Shown: piece by piece, positions 16,068-24,401 of the stretch
Position numbering within the stretch: position 1 is the stretch's first letter
Layout of the letters: each line of letters opens with the position of its first letter
Notes under the pieces: model-generated
Told to the model about the DNA's origin: nothing
What the model saw: only the letters and a program-made list of their open reading frames with translations
Databases searched by the model: none
Program-made: the position numbers and the translations under genes
Origin: Dehalococcoidia bacterium
GTDB taxonomy: Bacteria > Chloroflexota > Dehalococcoidia > Lucifugimonadales > Australimonadaceae
Assembly (NCBI GenBank): GCA_034423175.1
Contig: DAOUJA010000070.1
Span: forward strand, 124,510 to 156,509
Direction: 5' to 3'
Length of the DNA stretch: 32,000 nucleotides

Positions 16068-16172
16068 CCAGGTTGAGCGCCACATACCAGGCACCTGCGC
16101 AAGCCTTGTCAGCGCAGGGAGTCAGGACGTACCATTGACAAGCATTGTGCGAATTTTCACGAGGAGGACGGC

Positions 16173-16634
16173 ATGGCGCCTCTGGACGAGCTCGACACGA
16201 AGCTGATAGAGCTGCTGCAACGCGACGGGCGTGCCTCCAACATCGAACTGGCGCGCAAGACCGGCGTGAGCGAAGGGACGATCCGGCGACGCTTCCGTAA
16301 CCTCGTTCAGGATGAGGTTATCCGCGTGGTTGCGATCCCGGACACCTCCAAACTGGGCCGGCGCATGTCCGCACTGGTGGGGCTCAAGGTGGACCCCGCT
16401 TACGTGGAATCGGCGGCAGAAGCTCTTGCGAAGATGGAGGAGGTGCACTACGCGGCGGTTACCACCGGCGCCTTCGACGTCTTCTGCCGCGTGAGCCTCG
16501 GCTCTCCCCTTGAGTTGTCCGACTTCCTCAGGAACCGGGTTGGCGACATCAAGGGCGTCCGCCAGACCGAGACGTTCATCAACCTCTCCATCAAGAAGAA
16601 CGTCGGCGATTTCACCCCCACGGACGAGGAGTGA
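16173..16634 (+). CDS. Lrp/AsnC family transcriptional regulator
   Basis: 153 aa with an N-terminal HTH ([37 protein letters not shown]) and a C-terminal RAM/AsnC_trans_reg-like domain. GAGGAGG RBS at 16161-16167. Confidence 0.9.
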   Translation: MAPLDELDTKLIELLQRDGRASNIELARKTGVSEGTIRRRFRNLVQDEVIRVVAIPDTSKLGRRMSALVGLKVDPAYVESAAEALAKMEEVHYAAVTTGAFDVFCRVSLGSPLELSDFLRNRVGDIKGVRQTETFINLSIKKNVGDFTPTDEE

Positions 16635-16662
16635 TTAACCCGTTTCACTCCGGCGATGCGTC

Positions 16663-16671
16663 TGCTAAAAT
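16663..16671 (+). promoter_or_regulatory. Candidate extended -10 promoter (TGcTAAAAT) for the ferredoxin gene
   Basis: TGCTAAAAT at 16663-16671, 68 nt upstream of the fdxA ATG. It is followed by a 13-bp interrupted hairpin at 16673-16707. Confidence 0.35.
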
Positions 16672-16738
16672 GCCCTCGGCCTTCCTCCGGGAAGGCGCCC
16701 CCGAGGGGCTCAACATAAAAGGGGAGGGGCTCTCCAAG

Positions 16739-16975
16739 ATGGCCTACATAATTACTGAACCCTGTGTCGACGTGAAGGATGCCTCGTGCGTTGACGTCTG
16801 CCCGGTCGACTGTATCTACGAGGGCGACCGCATGTTCTACATCGAACCGGATGAGTGCATCGACTGCGCAGCGTGCGAGCCGGTCTGCCCCGTCGCCGCG
16901 ATCTTCGCCGAGGACGCCATCCCCGGCGACCAGACCCGCTTCATCGAGATCAACAAAGACCGCAGCGCTCCCTAA
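16739..16975 (+). CDS. fdxA: 7Fe ferredoxin ([3Fe-4S][4Fe-4S], FdxA type)
   Basis: [29 protein letters not shown]...[17 protein letters not shown] is the canonical FdxA cysteine pattern. The GGGGAGGGG RBS favours the ATG at 16739 rather than the ORF-track start at 16631. Confidence 0.92.
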   Translation: MAYIITEPCVDVKDASCVDVCPVDCIYEGDRMFYIEPDECIDCAACEPVCPVAAIFAEDAIPGDQTRFIEINKDRSAP

Positions 16976-17002
16976 TCGTCAGCCGCAACTCTTGGAATGG
17001 GC

Positions 17003-17030
17003 ATAGGCGGGTCGTAAGCGGCCCGCCTAT
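17003..17030. terminator. Bidirectional hairpin between convergent fdxA and the DUF4340 gene
   Basis: ATAGGCGGGTCG-TAAG-CGGCCCGCCTAT forms a 12-bp stem (one G-U) with a tetraloop. The downstream sequence cgcgTTGTcTcT is only weakly T-rich. Confidence 0.5.
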
Positions 17031-17053
17031 CGCGTTGTCTCTCCGGGGCCCCG

Positions 17054-18040
17054 TCAGGCTTCTCCATCCATCTGTCGCGTCACAAGCGATAACACCTCCT
17101 CTACCCAGGCTGCGTCGAACGTAAGTAGCAGGGGTGAGTCCGGCGTGGCGGCGTAGTAGCCGTCGCCGCCGGGAGTCCGCTCCCCGACAGCGAAGACCGC
17201 GGTCACCGCGACCTTGTCTTCCAGCGGGACTGCCAGTTCGTACGTAACCCGGACGAAGGCCCGCGGCGAGTCGAGGCCGGTGCTCTCCGGGGACAGGCCT
17301 GCCGGCCACCGGGCGACTTCGAATGTTGCGGGGCCGCCCGCGATACTCAGCACTATACGGCGCTGGACGTCCGTCAGGTCCGATGCAGCGTTTCCCTGCA
17401 TGACACTGTCGGATGGCTGACCGTCGGCGCCCGGCAGGCCGAGGAGGAACGCCACGATGCCGTCCGCGCTTTCGACCTCAAGGAGCCGCACACGAGCCGG
17501 ATCGACGCGATAGTGCCAGTAGGGCAGCGGAGGGTCGACGGCGAGGCGCAGCAGCACTCCCGCCCATGGTTCGTTCACGAGCGCCACGTTCTGCTCACCG
17601 TCCAGCTGTGCGTAGACGTTCCGCCCGTCGGGTGTCTCCTCACCGAGCCGCACCGATATCTGCCGCCCGTCGGCGAGACCGACGCCGACGACGCTCGGAG
17701 CGTCCAGTCCGAACTCGTGCGGAGCGGCCGGTGGGGGCAATCGACGCTCCACCTCGGGGCCGGAGAGCAGCAGCACGACACCACCCCAGCGGTCGAGGTT
17801 GACCGGCAGGACCGGGTCGTCCGAGAAGTACCAGAGGCCGTCGCGCTTCTCGAAAGCGACCGCGTCTGTACCCGTCTGCACCGTGACGTTCACTACTTCG
17901 TCCTGCGCCACGGAGTAGAGGCGAGCGCGGGGAGGAGTCGTTTCCGGCTGTCCCGGACCGTCCAGCACGAACAGCCACACGGCGACACCCACGGCAGCAA
18001 CGGCCAGCAGCAACACGAGTCTGACAACTGCATTCCTCAT
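17054..18040 (-). CDS. DUF4340 domain-containing protein (accessory to the GldG-type ABC system)
   Basis: 328 aa with an N-terminal signal anchor (VVRLVLLLAVAAVGVAVWLF). The sequence style and position directly after a GldG-like gene match the usual ABC-2/GldG/DUF4340 architecture. Confidence 0.7.
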   Translation of the reverse strand: MRNAVVRLVLLLAVAAVGVAVWLFVLDGPGQPETTPPRARLYSVAQDEVVNVTVQTGTDAVAFEKRDGLWYFSDDPVLPVNLDRWGGVVLLLSGPEVERRLPPPAAPHEFGLDAPSVVGVGLADGRQISVRLGEETPDGRNVYAQLDGEQNVALVNEPWAGVLLRLAVDPPLPYWHYRVDPARVRLLEVESADGIVAFLLGLPGADGQPSDSVMQGNAASDLTDVQRRIVLSIAGGPATFEVARWPAGLSPESTGLDSPRAFVRVTYELAVPLEDKVAVTAVFAVGERTPGGDGYYAATPDSPLLLTFDAAWVEEVLSLVTRQMDGEA

Positions 18041-18056
18041 CGCCGCGTCCTCTCGT

Positions 18057-19721
18057 CTAGCGCCGCCGCCACCACACGACGACGCCCGCAGCAGCGATCA
18101 GGGCGGGCAGCAGGAACCAGCTCAGGTAACGCACCAGGTTGTACTCCGGTACCGTGAGCACGAGCGGCCGGAAGACCTCCTGCCTGGCGCGCACGGAGAT
18201 GAGCGCCTCGTCCTCCAGCAGCCAGTTCACCGTGTTCAGGAAGAAGTCCGCGTTGCTCAGGTCGTGGAAGTGCCTGTTGCTTGCGAAGTCGGCGTCGCCC
18301 AGGACAACGAGCGTCGTCCGGACGGATGCAGCGTCGAACGGCTCGGAAGCAGCCTCCGAGACGGGGGAGGACGCCTGTACTATGAGGTGCGGAGTGTGTG
18401 GGCCAGGCACGTCCCTGCCTTCCATCGGCGCATCCTCGGCGCCCTGGATCGCCCATGAGTCCGCGGAAGTCGTCACCAGCGGCTCGAACCGGACCGGGAC
18501 AGGGTCGCCGCGCTCGATACGCGAGGCAACCGCCTCCAACGGACGGAACCCGACCGCCCCCGGCAACAGCGTAGGCCCGAGCGGTTCCACAATCGCGCCG
18601 CCCTCCGTGACCGAGGTCTGTCCCAGGTACTGGTCACGCTGCACCGCCAGCGTCCGGGCGTCTCCGGCCGCGGAGCGCTCGCGGTCAACGAGCGTGCCGG
18701 GAATCGTCTCGAGGCCCCAGGCTGCGAGCAGACCGCTCATGGCGTCCCGCGTCTCAGTGGACGTATCGAGCATGAAGAGCGCACTCCCGCCTTCAGCAAG
18801 CCACCTGAGGAGTGCCCGCTCCTCCATGTCCGTGGGCGGCTGACGCGGCGCGGCGACTACGAGTAGCGATGCGTCAGCCGGCACACCGTCGACGTCCGAC
18901 AGCAAGAGCGGCTCGACGCGGTACCCGTCGGCGCGGAGTCCGGCGGCGGCCAGTCCAAGCCCTGAACCGTCCGAACGGAGGTCGGCTATGCTGCGTTCGC
19001 CGTGGCCGGTGAGGAAGTAGACCGCGTGCTGATGGGCTCCGGTTACCGTGAGGACGGCGGTGAGCAACTGCTGCTCCGAGAGTGCTCCGTCCCCCACTGA
19101 GGTACGGAGCCCGGTGGCAGGCGCAGCGAAGAGCAGGGCAGGAGCGCTGACGACCCCGAATTCCCGTGCGGTCGCGGGTTCCAGTTCAGGGTCGACGAAG
19201 CGATAAGAGAGCCGGCCTCCGGTGTGCCTGGCGAACTGCCGCAGATAGCCCTCCGCCGCGCCCTGATAGCTTACGTCGTCTGCGTCCGTCGTCACGACGA
19301 ACCCGGTTACGGCAACGTCAGTGGGTAGGGCGGCGAGCGCCTGTTCCGCCTGCGGAGAGAGCTCGAACTGTCGCGTCGCAGTGAGGTCCCAGGAAGGGCC
19401 TGCCTCCGAGGCGATGACGTTCAACGCGATCACGATGGCAATGGCGGCGGCGACACTGCCCAGGGTCACCCAGGAGAGACGTCCCCTGCGTCCGCTCACC
19501 GCGCCGACGAGATGGCTCGCCGACCCGGCGGCGGCGAGCGCCAGGAGCACTCCCGCGGCGATGAGCGTCGGCACGGCGAACGGGCGCAACTCCGGCGCCC
19601 AGACGACGAGGAGCAGTCCTCCGAGTGCTCCGATGCCTCCGAGCGCTGCGAGGAGAAGGCTCCAGCCGCGCAGCCGCTCCTCGAGTCCACCGCCGGACGA
19701 TGGCGGTCCGCTCACCGCCAT
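18057..19721 (-). CDS. GldG-like protein (ABC-type uncharacterised transport system auxiliary component)
   Basis: 554 aa with N-terminal and C-terminal TM segments and a large extracytoplasmic region. It overlaps the preceding ABC-2 permease gene by 10 nt. Confidence 0.72.
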   Translation of the reverse strand: MAVSGPPSSGGGLEERLRGWSLLLAALGGIGALGGLLLVVWAPELRPFAVPTLIAAGVLLALAAAGSASHLVGAVSGRRGRLSWVTLGSVAAAIAIVIALNVIASEAGPSWDLTATRQFELSPQAEQALAALPTDVAVTGFVVTTDADDVSYQGAAEGYLRQFARHTGGRLSYRFVDPELEPATAREFGVVSAPALLFAAPATGLRTSVGDGALSEQQLLTAVLTVTGAHQHAVYFLTGHGERSIADLRSDGSGLGLAAAGLRADGYRVEPLLLSDVDGVPADASLLVVAAPRQPPTDMEERALLRWLAEGGSALFMLDTSTETRDAMSGLLAAWGLETIPGTLVDRERSAAGDARTLAVQRDQYLGQTSVTEGGAIVEPLGPTLLPGAVGFRPLEAVASRIERGDPVPVRFEPLVTTSADSWAIQGAEDAPMEGRDVPGPHTPHLIVQASSPVSEAASEPFDAASVRTTLVVLGDADFASNRHFHDLSNADFFLNTVNWLLEDEALISVRARQEVFRPLVLTVPEYNLVRYLSWFLLPALIAAAGVVVWWRRR

Positions 19722-20425
19722 CGCCGGGACTCCAGGCTCAGCGTGGTCAGGAAGAGGAAGAGTGCGATGAATGTGATGAAGTAGACGACGTTCCCCAGCT
19801 CGATGACGCCGGCGACGAAGGCGGTGTAGTGGGCGGGCAGCGAGATACCGGCGAGCAGCGTGGACGGCAGGCCGGAGACCAAGTCGGAAGCATCGCTGGC
19901 CAGCGTGAGGAAGAGCAGCGCGACAGCCGCGGTGACTCCCGCCACGATCTGGTTGCCGGTAAGGGAAGAGGTGAACAAGCCCAACGCTCCGGCAGCGGAG
20001 CCGTAGAGGAGCAGGCCAAGGTAACCGGTTAGCACGGGGCCGCCGTCGGGCGAGGCGTACCAGTAGAGCAGCACCACGTAGGCAAGTGTGGGTGCGATGA
20101 TGCCGAGGAGCATCGCGACGAGCGCGCAGAATTTCCCGAGGACGATCTCCCAGTCCCGCAGAGGGGCGGTGAGGAGCAGCTCAAGGGTACCGAGTTTCTG
20201 CTCCTCCGCCAGCAATCGCATGCTCACGATAGGGGCCCAGAGGATGAGGGCGAACGTCAACGGAGTGAAGACTTCCCTCAGCGAAGCCTCAGGCAGCAGA
20301 TCTGAGATGCCGGATACGAAGAACTGCCCTGTGAGCGCGAGGAAAGCGGCACTGACCACGTACGCCATCGGCGAACCGTAGTAGGAGCGGGTCTCCTTCC
20401 AGGCGAGGAGAGCGGCGTTACGCAT
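19712..20425 (-). CDS. ABC-2 type transporter permease (GldF-like)
   Basis: About 237 aa from the ATG at 20425 (MRNAALLAWKETRSYYGSPMAYV...), with six hydrophobic segments. An ATGCGTAA overlap with the upstream ATPase stop argues for this start rather than 20473. Confidence 0.8.
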   Translation of the reverse strand: MRNAALLAWKETRSYYGSPMAYVVSAAFLALTGQFFVSGISDLLPEASLREVFTPLTFALILWAPIVSMRLLAEEQKLGTLELLLTAPLRDWEIVLGKFCALVAMLLGIIAPTLAYVVLLYWYASPDGGPVLTGYLGLLLYGSAAGALGLFTSSLTGNQIVAGVTAAVALLFLTLASDASDLVSGLPSTLLAGISLPAHYTAFVAGVIELGNVVYFITFIALFLFLTTLSLESRRWR

Positions 20426-21371
20426 CGGCCTCTTCCTGGCCGCCTGTCGTGAGCTGCAGAAACACCTCTTCAAGGTCCACGGAAGAGCGGCTGATGCCGC
20501 GCAGCGCGATGCCCGCGGCGTGAAGCGCCTCTACGATGGGTTCCCGCACGTCCGACCGTAAAGGAGCGGTGACCTCGAACACGTAGACGCCATCCTCAAC
20601 CACGGTTGATGGTCCGACGAAACTGACGCCGGACACGGCTCCGAGCGCGGCGGCCGTCTCCTCCGCCGGAGCGCGCGCCTCGACGCTGACGCGCTGCGCC
20701 CCGCGCAACTGCTCGGCGATGTCGTCCGGGCGCCCCTCGGCCACGACGGCGCCGTCATGGAGGATGACTACACGCTCGCAGAGGCTCGACGCCTCGCCCA
20801 GTTGGTGCGTGCTCAGGAGCACGGTGTGCTCTTCGCCGAGGCGCCGTATGAGATTTCGGGCGTCCACCACCTGCACCGGATCGATGCTCACGGTAGGTTC
20901 GTCCAGTACGAGCACCTGCGGTTCATGGAGAACGGCCAGGGCAAGGCCGAGCCGCTGGCGGTAGCCCTTGGAGAGTTTGCCCACGAGAGTGTCGCGGTAA
21001 TCGCCCAGTCCGAACGTATCCAGCGAGCGGTCCAGAGCGAGCGCAAGGCTCGCGCCGTCCATCGCGTGGACCCGTCCAAAGAAGCGCAGCGACTCGGCCA
21101 CGGTCATGTCCGTGTAAAGCGGCACAGACTCCGGAAGGTAGCCGATATGCCGGCGCGCCTCCAGCGAGTCGGCGGCGATGTCGTGCCCCGCGACGCGCAC
21201 CGTGCCGGACGTGGGTGGCATATACGCGGTGAGCACCCGCATGGTCGTGGTCTTGCCCGAGCCGTTCGTTCCCAACAGACCGACCGTCTCGCCCTTGTCC
21301 ACGGAGAAGGAAACGCCGCTCACTGCGGGGAAGTCGCCGTAGAGCTTCGTGAGCCCCTCAACTTCTATCAT
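20418..21371 (-). CDS. ABC transporter ATP-binding protein (GldA-like)
   Basis: It has Walker A GTNGSGKTT, the signature LSKGYRQRL, Walker B LVLDEPT and an H-loop STHQL. The start is taken at MIEVEGLTKLYG (21371). An alternative TTG at 21383 is closer to the GGAGGAAG sequence. The ORF-track start at 21533 is unlikely. Confidence 0.9.
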   Translation of the reverse strand: MIEVEGLTKLYGDFPAVSGVSFSVDKGETVGLLGTNGSGKTTTMRVLTAYMPPTSGTVRVAGHDIAADSLEARRHIGYLPESVPLYTDMTVAESLRFFGRVHAMDGASLALALDRSLDTFGLGDYRDTLVGKLSKGYRQRLGLALAVLHEPQVLVLDEPTVSIDPVQVVDARNLIRRLGEEHTVLLSTHQLGEASSLCERVVILHDGAVVAEGRPDDIAEQLRGAQRVSVEARAPAEETAAALGAVSGVSFVGPSTVVEDGVYVFEVTAPLRSDVREPIVEALHAAGIALRGISRSSVDLEEVFLQLTTGGQEEADA

Positions 21372-21409
21372 CCGTTCGGTCAAGCTGTGCGCTTCCTCCG
21401 GCGGTCTGC

Positions 21410-21447
21410 CGAGCGGGTCCAGGCCAATCGAGCGGGTCCAGGCCAAT
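21410..21447. repeat. Perfect tandem direct repeat, 2 x 19 nt (CGAGCGGGTCCAGGCCAAT) in a divergent promoter region
   Basis: Read directly: 21410-21428 and 21429-21447 are identical. They lie between the divergently transcribed ABC-ATPase operon and the DppB-like gene. Confidence 0.9.
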
Positions 21448-21550
21448 AAGGATAGTGAACCGTGTCCGTAGAGCCTACCGGATTTGATTCCGGTTGCGCT
21501 GGGCCGTAGACTCGCCAACGTGTCTCCTGACACAGCGAGTCCTGACCGCC

Positions 21551-22495
21551 GTGTACCGATTCGTTATACGCCGTTTGCTGCTGGCCCTGCTCACGATGTT
21601 CGTCGTGAGCGTGTTCACGTTCTTCATGCTGCGCCTGATCCCCGGCGACATCGTGGACCTGATGCTCTCCGACTTCGGCTACGCAGCGGACCGGGACGCC
21701 ATCCTGCGGGAGCTGGGGCTGCACAGGCCGTTCTACATCCAGTTCGGTGAATGGTTCGGCGGACTGTTCGTAGGTGACCTCGGTCAATCGCTCTGGACAG
21801 GGAACACCGTTACGCACGAACTGGGGCGGCGCTATCCCGTAACCCTGGAGCTTTCGCTCATCGCCCTGTTCGTCAGCACAGTGCTCTCGATACCCATCGG
21901 CATCATCACCGCCGTCCGCCAGGACACGTGGGTCGACTACGCGCTGCGCTCCGTCTCCATCGGCCTCGTGGCAGTGCCCATCCTCTGGATCGGCACCATC
22001 GTCGTAACCCTGCCTGCGTTGTTCTTCGGGTGGGCTCCTCCGCTGACCTACGTGCCGTTCACCGAGGACCCGGTCAAGAACCTGAGCGTGATGGTGTTGC
22101 CGGGGGTCATAGTCGGCATACCGCTCATGGGCGGCACGATCCGCATGACCCGAGCCATGCTGCTGGAAGTGGTGCGGCAGGACTACATCAGAACGGCATG
22201 GGCTAAAGGCCTGCAGCCCCGCACCATCTGGTACCGGCACGCGGTGCGGAACGCGCTGATCCCCGTGCTGACGCTCATCGGCCTGCAGATCCCGTTCCTG
22301 CTCGGCGGCACGGTCATCATCGAGCAGATATTCAACCTGCCGGGTATGGGCGTGTACATGCTGCAGTCGCTCCAGAACCGGGACTACGTTCCCGCGCAGA
22401 CGATCATCCTCACATTCGCGGGGGCCACGGTCCTCATCAACCTCATCGTGGACCTGCTCTACGGCGTTCTCGACCCACGGATAAAGTACGCGTAA
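21551..22495 (+). CDS. ABC transporter permease, oligopeptide/dipeptide (DppB/OppB) type
   Basis: The N-terminus (V)YRFVIRRLLLALLTMFVVSVFTFFMLRLIPGD and the EAA-loop region YIRTAWAKGL are characteristic. The start is uncertain (GTG 21551 preferred; the ORF-track TTG at 21494 is possible). Confidence 0.85.
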   Translation: MYRFVIRRLLLALLTMFVVSVFTFFMLRLIPGDIVDLMLSDFGYAADRDAILRELGLHRPFYIQFGEWFGGLFVGDLGQSLWTGNTVTHELGRRYPVTLELSLIALFVSTVLSIPIGIITAVRQDTWVDYALRSVSIGLVAVPILWIGTIVVTLPALFFGWAPPLTYVPFTEDPVKNLSVMVLPGVIVGIPLMGGTIRMTRAMLLEVVRQDYIRTAWAKGLQPRTIWYRHAVRNALIPVLTLIGLQIPFLLGGTVIIEQIFNLPGMGVYMLQSLQNRDYVPAQTIILTFAGATVLINLIVDLLYGVLDPRIKYA

Positions 22496-22498
22496 GCC

Positions 22499-23431
22499 AT
22501 GGCACTCGAAGGCACAAGAGCACAAGGAGCGTCCGCCACGGTGAGGGCGCCGCGCCGTTCGCGCGGAGGACTGACCGGGCTGACGGTGCGGCTGTTCACC
22601 GAGAAGCCGCTGGGAGCGGTCGGCGCGGTCATCGTGATGATCATGCTCCTGATGGCCATCTTCGCCGACTGGATCGCGCCCTATCCATTCGACGAGCCGC
22701 ACTTCTCCGACGCGCTTCAGGGGTCCAGCGTGAGCTACCTGCTGGGCACCGACTACCAGGGGCGCGACCTGTTCAGCAGGCTCGTGTATGGGGCACGCGT
22801 CTCCATCGTCGTGGCGCTCGGATCGGTGGCGCTCGGCAGTGTACTCGCGGCCCTCATCGGCATCACGAGCGGCTACATGGGCGGCAAGTTCGACACGTTG
22901 GTCCAGCGCCTGGTGGACGCGTGGATGAGCGTGCCTCCGCTCCTCCTGCTGCTGTTCGTCCTGTCCATCCTCGGCCCAAGCACGCTGAACGTGACGCTGG
23001 TGCTGGGACTGGTCGCGATACGGGAGAGCCGCGTGCTGCGCGGCGCGGTTCTGGCGCTGAAGGAACAGCCGTTCGTGGAAGCGGCACGCGTCAACGGCGC
23101 GGCCACCCTGCGCATCCTCATACGGCACATCCTGCCGAACGTGATGGTGCCCATCATCATCCTGGCGAGCCTGCGTCTTGGGCAGGTGGTCCTCATCGAG
23201 GCGTCGCTCAGCTTCCTCGGCTACGGCGTCCCGCCGCCGTTCCCATCCTGGGGGCGGATGCTCAGTTCGGAGTCGCGGACGTGGTTCGTCGATGCGCCGT
23301 GGCTGGCGATCTGGCCGGGCGTCTTCCTGAGCCTCACGGTATTTGGATGGAACGTGCTGGGTGACGCCCTTCGCGACCTGCTCGACCCGCGCATGCGCGG
23401 CACCGGCGGCGGCTACCGCTCCGGGTCGTAG
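22499..23431 (+). CDS. ABC transporter permease, oligopeptide/dipeptide (DppC/OppC) type
   Basis: 310 aa with the EAA-like motif FVEAARVNGAATLRILIRHILPN. It starts 3 nt after the DppB-like stop. Confidence 0.85.
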   Translation: MALEGTRAQGASATVRAPRRSRGGLTGLTVRLFTEKPLGAVGAVIVMIMLLMAIFADWIAPYPFDEPHFSDALQGSSVSYLLGTDYQGRDLFSRLVYGARVSIVVALGSVALGSVLAALIGITSGYMGGKFDTLVQRLVDAWMSVPPLLLLLFVLSILGPSTLNVTLVLGLVAIRESRVLRGAVLALKEQPFVEAARVNGAATLRILIRHILPNVMVPIIILASLRLGQVVLIEASLSFLGYGVPPPFPSWGRMLSSESRTWFVDAPWLAIWPGVFLSLTVFGWNVLGDALRDLLDPRMRGTGGGYRSGS

Positions 23432-23445
23432 GTCTCAGGCGCGCC

Positions 23446-24387
23446 ATGCCGGACATCGCCATCATCGGCCTCAGCCCTGTCGGCGTTGCGCTTGGACGCG
23501 CGCTGAAGTCCGGCGTGCGCGGCTTCTCCGTAGCAGGCTTCGACCCGGATGCGACAACAGGCCGTCGCGCCGTCGAGGCGGGAGCGCTGGACGAGGCGTC
23601 GAAGAGCGCTGCCACGGCGCTTGCAGGCGCAAACCTGGTCATCCTCGCCGCTCCGATGCCAGCCGCCGGAGACGCACTGCGCGTCATCGGCGAGTTTGCG
23701 CCCGCCGAGTGCGTCGTCACGGACACCTGTCGATTGAAGGCCCCTGTGCTGCGCTGGGCCGAAGAGCGCCTGCCGGGTGGGATGCACTTCGTTGGGGGAA
23801 GGCCTGTGCTCCGCGAGGCAGGAGAGGGGGTAGAGGCGTCGTTCGAGGGTACGGACTACGCCATCGTGCCGGGGCCAACGGCATCGAGCGAGGCGATCGA
23901 AGCCGTGATCGGGTTGGCCCGGACGGTAGGCGCGAGTCCGTTCTTCCTCGACGCGGTGGAGCACGACAGTTTCGTCATCGCGACCGAGTACCTGCCGTGT
24001 ATCGCTTCTGGCTCGGCGGTGGACGCGGCCTCGATGAGTCCGGCCTGGCGGGACGCGCGGCGCCTGCAGGGCGACACGTTCGCACGCGCCGTGGATGCCG
24101 CCGCCGAGCTGGACCCGGAAGAGTTGGCAATCGCCCTGGAGCACGCGCCGGAGACGTTCACCTCGTGGCTGGACCGGCTCGCGGGGGCGACGGCCGGGTT
24201 GCGCGAGATCGCGCTCGGGAAGCCGGACGCCGCTGAGGCCGCGAAGCAGCTGGCTGCGCTCGCAGAGGCGCGCCAGGGGCGGCTGCGGGAGTCTCCCGCG
24301 GCCTACGCGCCGGTGTTGGATCGCCCGGGCTTCGCGTCGCTGTTGCTGGGCGACTGGCTGGGCCAGCGAGCGCGGCGGCGGGGATAG
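23446..24387 (+). CDS. Prephenate/arogenate dehydrogenase family protein, divergent
   Basis: 313 aa. It has an N-terminal Rossmann-like IAIIGLSPVGVALGRAL, then ANLVILAAP, DTCRLK and FVGGRPV where canonical TyrA has GGHPMAG, and later VEHDSFVIATEYLPC where TyrA has HD...SHLPH. Confidence 0.65.
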   Translation: MPDIAIIGLSPVGVALGRALKSGVRGFSVAGFDPDATTGRRAVEAGALDEASKSAATALAGANLVILAAPMPAAGDALRVIGEFAPAECVVTDTCRLKAPVLRWAEERLPGGMHFVGGRPVLREAGEGVEASFEGTDYAIVPGPTASSEAIEAVIGLARTVGASPFFLDAVEHDSFVIATEYLPCIASGSAVDAASMSPAWRDARRLQGDTFARAVDAAAELDPEELAIALEHAPETFTSWLDRLAGATAGLREIALGKPDAAEAAKQLAALAEARQGRLRESPAAYAPVLDRPGFASLLLGDWLGQRARRRG

Positions 24388-24401
24388 CGGCTTTCGACGC
24401 G

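Noticed and set aside
16135-16156. TTGACA (16135-16140) and TGcGAATTT (16148-16156) upstream of the Lrp/AsnC gene, as a promoter.
   Set aside because: The two elements are only 10 nt apart, too close for a standard -35/-10 pair. The implied start would fall in the RBS. The call is too uncertain to list as a feature.
23063-23074. A second exact GAAC-N4-GTTC (GAACAGCCGTTC), as a possible SOS box.
   Set aside because: It lies inside the DppC-like coding sequence (codons KEQPFVE). About 0.5 chance occurrences of this 8-nt-specified palindrome are expected in 32 kb, so it is most likely fortuitous.
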